This document shows, piece after piece, positions 59,107-64,000 of a DNA stretch of 64,000 bases. The DNA is from Bacteroidota bacterium (lineage in GTDB: Bacteria; Bacteroidota; Ignavibacteria; Kapaibacteriales; UBA961): contig JBEEPK010000001.1 in assembly GCA_041191145.1 (NCBI GenBank), positions 836 through 64,835 of the forward strand, in the 5' to 3' direction. The translations under genes and the position numbers were made by a program. Position 1 is the stretch's first letter, and every line of letters begins with the position of its first letter. Under the pieces are notes generated by a model. That model saw only the letters and a program-made list of their open reading frames with translations. It made no database searches and was not told the origin of the DNA.

Positions 59107-59826
59107 ATGAAAACAAATCGCAGAAACTTTATTGGGTCCGGAATTGCACTCGCAGGGATGGCTGCAACAACGGGATTGACAAATGCCCAAGATATCGATG
59201 CCACATCAGGTAATCTAACCAAACATGTATTACCAAGTTTACCTTATGAGTATTCTGAATTAGAACCATTCATAGATGCAATGACAATGGAATTACATCA
59301 CTCCAAACATCATAAAGCATATGTTGATGGGCTAAATAAGGCAGAAGCAGAGCTTGCAAAAGCCAGAACCTCAGGAGATTTCACACTCATTCAACATTGG
59401 TCAAAGCAATGTGCTTTTCATGGTGGAGGACATGCCCTTCATACTTTGTTTTGGCAATGCATGATACCACAATCGAAAGGTGGTGGCACCATCATAGATG
59501 CTTCCCCAATCATGAATGCCATCAATGCATCATTCGGTTCTTTTGAACAATTCAAGAAACAATTCACGGCAGCGGCAATTGCCGTCGAAGGAAGTGGTTG
59601 GGCATTATTGCACTATCGCAAAGATGATGGAGCACTCATAATCTTGCAAGCAGAGAATCAGCATAAGTTATCAAGCTGGAATACAGTGCCCATTCTTGGA
59701 ATCGATGTATGGGAGCATGCTTATTATCTGAAATATCAGAATAAAAGAGCTGACTATGTGAATGCTTGGTGGAATATCGTCAATTGGAAAGCAGTAAATG
59801 CATTTTATGAACAAGCGAAATTATAA
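59107..59826 (+). CDS. sod: Tat-exported Fe/Mn superoxide dismutase
   Basis: A twin-arginine signal MKTNRRNFIGSGIALAGMAATTGLTNA precedes the SOD motifs HHSKHHKAYV and DVWEHAYYL. Confidence 0.95.
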   Translation: MKTNRRNFIGSGIALAGMAATTGLTNAQDIDATSGNLTKHVLPSLPYEYSELEPFIDAMTMELHHSKHHKAYVDGLNKAEAELAKARTSGDFTLIQHWSKQCAFHGGGHALHTLFWQCMIPQSKGGGTIIDASPIMNAINASFGSFEQFKKQFTAAAIAVEGSGWALLHYRKDDGALIILQAENQHKLSSWNTVPILGIDVWEHAYYLKYQNKRADYVNAWWNIVNWKAVNAFYEQAKL

Positions 59827-60210
59827 TTACACTAATTTCTTATCTATTATTCTCCAATAAACCATTACGGCCATGCAAATGCCCAAACAATCGGCGATGA
59901 TATCACCAATTTCACTCGTCCTTCCAGGCACAAATGACTGATGAAATTCATCTGACAAAGCATACAAGCATCCTATGATCAAAATCCATAGGATGTTTTT
60001 TTTTGCATTCTTTCGCACATGGTCATGAACTGCCAAAGCCAATGTTGCCCCATAGAAGAAATAGGCGAAGAAGTGAAATATTTTGTCCTGCCACTGAAAT
60101 GTGGTCATGACAAACGGTGTTTGTGGTAAAGAAGAAAAGTAATATATCCCCATCGAACAGAACAATGCTGGAATCTTGGCAAGATGCTTTAGTGTGGATT
60201 GCAACATCAA
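59827..60210 (-). CDS. VanZ-like family membrane protein
   Basis: It has four TM segments and the VanZ signature ALSDEFHQSFVPGRTSEIGDIIAD. There is a 4-nt overlap with lpxA. Confidence 0.75.
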   Translation of the reverse strand: MMLQSTLKHLAKIPALFCSMGIYYFSSLPQTPFVMTTFQWQDKIFHFFAYFFYGATLALAVHDHVRKNAKKNILWILIIGCLYALSDEFHQSFVPGRTSEIGDIIADCLGICMAVMVYWRIIDKKLV

Positions 60211-60986
60211 CGAATGATGCCTTTTCGGGATGATCGTATAAAATCCATACAGGATGAAACTTCGGGAAGCATATTTGGATGTAATCGTTGATATTCTTCA
60301 AGTCCATCTGTAGTATTCATTCCGGAAAAGAACACTGCCGAATACAATTCTTGAATTGCATCAATAGCTTCATTGGAGAATCCTCGTCTTCTCAATCCAA
60401 TTTTATTAACTCCTTCTACCTTTGCAGGCTCTCTCCCAATGAGTGCATATGGTGCAACATCTTTGGTGACTTTACAATCGGCGCCAATCATTGCATGATC
60501 ACCGACACTACAGAATTGAATAACCTTCGCCAATCCACCAAGAATTACCCAATTACCAATTGAAACATGACCAGCCAATTGAGAAACATTACTCATGATC
60601 ACATGATCACCTACAGTGCAATCATGCGCAACATGACAATAAGCCATGATCAAACAGTCTGTTCCGATAATCGCTCTCCCTGTTGCCTCTGTTCCTCGAT
60701 TCACCGTGGCACATTCACGAATGACGGTTCTATCACCAATAATGGCAAGGGTTTTTTCACCTTTGAACTTTAAATCTTGCGGAACAGCTCCTATGACCGC
60801 TCCTGGAAATATCGAACATTCAGATCCAATGCGAGACCCATTCATTAGAGTTGCATGCGCTGAAATGATTGCTCCATCACCTATTTCAACATCTGATTCA
60901 ATCACGGAAAATGGTCCGATTGAGACATTGTGTCCAATTCGTGCTTCAGGTGCTACGCTAGCCAAAGGATGTATGAGTACAGACAT
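60207..60986 (-). CDS. lpxA: Acyl-ACP--UDP-N-acetylglucosamine O-acyltransferase
   Basis: It has the hexapeptide-repeat left-handed beta-helix, the N-terminus IHPLASVAPEARIGHNVSIGPFSVIE, and the LpxA C-terminal helical domain. Confidence 0.95.
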   Translation of the reverse strand: MSVLIHPLASVAPEARIGHNVSIGPFSVIESDVEIGDGAIISAHATLMNGSRIGSECSIFPGAVIGAVPQDLKFKGEKTLAIIGDRTVIRECATVNRGTEATGRAIIGTDCLIMAYCHVAHDCTVGDHVIMSNVSQLAGHVSIGNWVILGGLAKVIQFCSVGDHAMIGADCKVTKDVAPYALIGREPAKVEGVNKIGLRRRGFSNEAIDAIQELYSAVFFSGMNTTDGLEEYQRLHPNMLPEVSSCMDFIRSSRKGIIR

Positions 60987-61003
60987 ATATTCAAGATCGT
61001 GAA

Positions 61004-62419
61004 TTAAGCAGGTAATGTATCTACAATTGCGGCTGAAAGTTCGGCTTCGGCAACAAGGGTATCGCCGACATAACCCTTAGCACTCATTGCAAATGTATTG
61101 AATCTTTTTCCGGTCATGGTAACTTCCATAACCAATTGGTCACCCGGAATGACCGGTTTTCTGAATTTTGCATTATTAATTGCCATGAAAAATACCAATT
61201 TTCCTTCTTGATATGTATCAGAATTCAAAAGATATAATCCACCAACTTGTGCCATAGCTTCAATAATCAATACTCCAGGCATTATTGGTCTTTCAGGGAA
61301 ATGTCCAGGAAAAAAAGGCTCATTGATCGTGACATTTTTATAGCCGATAATTTTCTTGTTTTCAGTATCAACTTCTGTGATTCTATCAACCAACAGAAAT
61401 GGATATCGATGAGGCATCACTTTCAAAATCTGATTGATATCTAAAACAGGAATAGGATTCTTGTTCACGGACTTTTTCTTACTCTTTTGCTCTTTATGTA
61501 ATGCTCTGATCTTCTTAGCAAATTCTATATTAACGGCATGACCGGGTCTGGCAGCTAGAATTTGACCTTTGATTGGCGCTCCAATCAATGCTAAATCTCC
61601 AAGCATGTCCAAGAGCTTATGTCTTGCAGGTTCATTTTTGAATCGTAAAAGGCGATTGTTGAGTATACCATTATGACCCAATACGGCATTTTGTTCCATA
61701 TCAAATTTTGTGAGCATTGAGCGCAATTCTTCATCCGGCATTTCTTTGTCCACAATCACAATCGCATTGTCCAATGAGCCACCTCGAATCAATCCCTGCT
61801 CATGCAGTATTTCTACCTCCGTGAGAAAGCAGAATGTTCTAGCAGGGGCAAAATCTCGCAAAAACTCAGATTGTAAGTCAAAAAGTCCTGAATGTTGACT
61901 CGCTAATGCTGAATTCTGATAATCAATCATGACAGTAATCCGGAAATCATCATTGGGTAAAGCAACAATTTCCGTTTGCTTTGATTCATTGACATAACGA
62001 AGCATTTGATCGATTTCCACAAATTCCCGTGGAGCTTTCTGATCCTCAAAGCCTGCTTGTAGTAAAACCTCCGCATAAGGTAGCGCACTTCCATCACCAA
62101 TCGGCGGTTCATTCGCAGTTAGTTCCATTCGACAATTGTCAATTTCAAGTCCCACTAGCGCTGCAAGAACATGCTCAACAGTATGTACACTTGCTCCATT
62201 GCAAGTAATTGTAGTACCACGAGCGATATCTGTCACATAATCCACAAGTGCAGGAATTTCAGGATTTCCTTCAAGATCTGTTCGAATAAATCGAAAACCG
62301 TAATTCTCTGGTGCAGGATGAAATGTGATGGTAGAGGGATTACCTGTATGAAGACCAATGCCACTTAGTGACACGGGTTTCTTAATAGTTCTTTGATGGG
62401 CATTCATGCATTGGCTCAA
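61004..62419 (-). CDS. lpxC/fabZ: Bifunctional UDP-3-O-acyl-GlcNAc deacetylase / 3-hydroxyacyl-ACP dehydratase (LpxC-FabZ fusion)
   Basis: An N-terminal LpxC domain (TVEHVLAAL, zinc-binding His/Asp contexts) is fused to a C-terminal FabZ hotdog domain ([25 protein letters not shown]). The fusion is characteristic of Bacteroidota and relatives. Confidence 0.95.
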   Translation of the reverse strand: MSQCMNAHQRTIKKPVSLSGIGLHTGNPSTITFHPAPENYGFRFIRTDLEGNPEIPALVDYVTDIARGTTITCNGASVHTVEHVLAALVGLEIDNCRMELTANEPPIGDGSALPYAEVLLQAGFEDQKAPREFVEIDQMLRYVNESKQTEIVALPNDDFRITVMIDYQNSALASQHSGLFDLQSEFLRDFAPARTFCFLTEVEILHEQGLIRGGSLDNAIVIVDKEMPDEELRSMLTKFDMEQNAVLGHNGILNNRLLRFKNEPARHKLLDMLGDLALIGAPIKGQILAARPGHAVNIEFAKKIRALHKEQKSKKKSVNKNPIPVLDINQILKVMPHRYPFLLVDRITEVDTENKKIIGYKNVTINEPFFPGHFPERPIMPGVLIIEAMAQVGGLYLLNSDTYQEGKLVFFMAINNAKFRKPVIPGDQLVMEVTMTGKRFNTFAMSAKGYVGDTLVAEAELSAAIVDTLPA

Positions 62420-62435
62420 TGTAATTTAGGGCAAA

Positions 62436-63503
62436 TTACGAGGTTTTTTGATTATCTAAAGCTTGTTCTAATTCTTTGATGCGCTGTTCCAAAGATGAAA
62501 CCATGCGCAATATTTCAGGCAATTGCTGAGATGCAAATATTCTTCTCATCTCTTTACTACGCTCAATAGCAGGACTACCGAAGTAAATTCCTGATTGTTC
62601 TATACTTTGGGCAATTCCTGATTGGCCAAAAACTATAACTCCGTCTGCTGTTGACAAATGTCCAACAGTCCCTACTTGACCAGCAAATCGATTTCTAGCT
62701 CCAATCTTTGCACTGCCAGCTATTCCAACTTGAGCGGCAAATGCGGTGTGTTCACCAATGCTAACATTATGTGCTATGTGAACCAAGTTGTCTATTTTAA
62801 CGCCTCGAGAAATCAAAGTGGAATTCACCACCGAGCGATCAATCGTGGTATTGGCTCCTATTTCAACATCATCTTCAAGTATCACATTCCCAACATGCTT
62901 GATCTTTTCATATGATCCATCCGCATGTTCGATATATCCGAATCCATCAGAACCAATAACTGCACCAGAATGAATGATCACTCTATTGCCAATCTTTGTG
63001 TTAGAATAGCAAACCACATTGGGATAGACTATACAATCTTCACCAATAACTACATTCTCACCCAAAACAACATGAGGATGTATCATACTACCCTTTCCAA
63101 CGATGCAATGTTCACCAATGATAACACCGTCCAAGATTGTCGCTTCTGTTGCTATATGAGCACTTGGATGAATCCTGGCATTAGAGGAGATGAATGGGGT
63201 ATTTTTTAGATCAGGAAAGAAATATGAAATGAGCGAAGCAAATGCAGAATGAGGATCTTTTACTCGGATAAAAGCTTGATGTGCTTTTGGTTGCAGTGGA
63301 GCAGATTGAGACACAAGGATGCAATTGTGTGTGCAATATTCCACTAATGGAAAGAATTGTTTTCCAGAAACAAAGAGTATTTCACCCGGATTTGGTTCTT
63401 CGATTCTTCCAATTCCATTCAAAACTATAGCCGAATCACCTTCAAGTTCAGCTTGAAGGAATTCGGCTATGTCTTGAACAGTATACTTTTTGGATAGCAT
63501 CAT
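62436..63503 (-). CDS. lpxD: UDP-3-O-(3-hydroxyacyl)glucosamine N-acyltransferase
   Basis: It has an N-terminal LpxD domain, extensive hexapeptide repeats (IGEHCIVGKGSMIHPHVVLGENVVIGEDC...) and a C-terminal coiled coil. Confidence 0.95.
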   Translation of the reverse strand: MMLSKKYTVQDIAEFLQAELEGDSAIVLNGIGRIEEPNPGEILFVSGKQFFPLVEYCTHNCILVSQSAPLQPKAHQAFIRVKDPHSAFASLISYFFPDLKNTPFISSNARIHPSAHIATEATILDGVIIGEHCIVGKGSMIHPHVVLGENVVIGEDCIVYPNVVCYSNTKIGNRVIIHSGAVIGSDGFGYIEHADGSYEKIKHVGNVILEDDVEIGANTTIDRSVVNSTLISRGVKIDNLVHIAHNVSIGEHTAFAAQVGIAGSAKIGARNRFAGQVGTVGHLSTADGVIVFGQSGIAQSIEQSGIYFGSPAIERSKEMRRIFASQQLPEILRMVSSLEQRIKELEQALDNQKTS

Positions 63504-63506
63504 ATT

Positions 63507-63893
63507 TTACGGCCTTTTGCCACCGGTAGTGTCAGCAGGTATTGGTTGAACCGGTTGCTCAGCCGGAGCTGTAGGTGGCTGATTCGGACTATTTCCATTA
63601 CTTGTAGAATCCAAAGTTGGAAGCTTAATCATATCCTGCAGACCATCCATGACCGAATCTTTCAATTTATCAAAAAGTCCTTTTTCTTCTTTCTTTTCTT
63701 CAGGAACCTCTGCAGGCTTGCGAGATCGAGTTCTTTTTGTTGATGAATTAGAGCTAGCAGCTGTTGATTTTTTGCTATTTCTTGGGTCTTTGTCGATAGC
63801 TTCCTGCTGTTGTTTTTCCATATCATCGACATTAATACCAAGTTTTTTCAGGACTTTGACAGTCAAATCATACTTTGGGTTTATAAATGCCAA
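63507..63893 (-). CDS. Hypothetical low-complexity (Ser/Thr/Pro/Lys-rich) protein, TTG start
   Basis: The ORF opens at TTG and reads MAFINPKYDLTVKVLKKLGINV... followed by disordered K/S/T/P-rich sequence. An in-frame stop lies at 63972-63974 upstream. No homology was recognised. Confidence 0.3.
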   Translation of the reverse strand: MAFINPKYDLTVKVLKKLGINVDDMEKQQQEAIDKDPRNSKKSTAASSNSSTKRTRSRKPAEVPEEKKEEKGLFDKLKDSVMDGLQDMIKLPTLDSTSNGNSPNQPPTAPAEQPVQPIPADTTGGKRP

Positions 63894-64000
63894 GGGCTGA
63901 GTGGATTTATCCCATACGATATCATAATTATCTTCAAAGGATATTTCCTGAATTGCAGCATATATTTTCTCTTCAACACCTCGAAAAACTAGTGCAATTG

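Noticed and set aside
1-64000. Mobile elements, prophage, CRISPR-Cas, toxin-antitoxin or defence islands
   Set aside because: I saw no transposase/integrase/recombinase, no cas genes, no repeat-spacer arrays and no small paired TA-like ORFs. The gene content is syntenic housekeeping throughout.

Overview
This window reads as dense, syntenic core chromosome from an AT-rich FCB-group bacterium (Bacteroidota/Ignavibacteriota-like). The lineage markers are a fused lpxC/fabZ gene, a b558-type fumarate reductase/succinate dehydrogenase cytochrome b, a T9SS C-terminal sorting domain, Bacteroidetes-style TAnnTTTG promoter elements and several Tat-exported enzymes. I call about 50 protein genes, one tRNA-Ser(GGA) and several clear rho-independent terminators, and I see no transposase, integrase, CRISPR array or defence island. 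The recognisable housekeeping genes are gyrA (3' end cut at the window edge), class-I fbaB, sdhCAB/frdCAB, ccmF, icd, pyrG, ugd, queG, pgeF, glmM, sod and lpxA-lpxC/fabZ-lpxD. The parts most worth a second look are: (1) a tightly overlapping minus-strand operon (45.6-55.2 kb) that embeds a 1164-aa double-TM, Gln/Lys/Glu-rich coiled-coil giant protein, a DUF4159-like protein and two TlpA/thioredoxin genes between housekeeping genes; (2) a TPR / plugless OM beta-barrel with a TonB-box-like motif / SPOR / TonB cluster (38.7-45.6 kb); (3) a 1571-aa vWA-beta-propeller-Ig-like T9SS cargo protein; (4) an orphan ccmF translationally coupled to a secreted TldD-like metalloprotease. All assignments come from reading the translated ORFs against remembered family signatures. 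No database search was run, so every function should be confirmed by BLAST/HMM.
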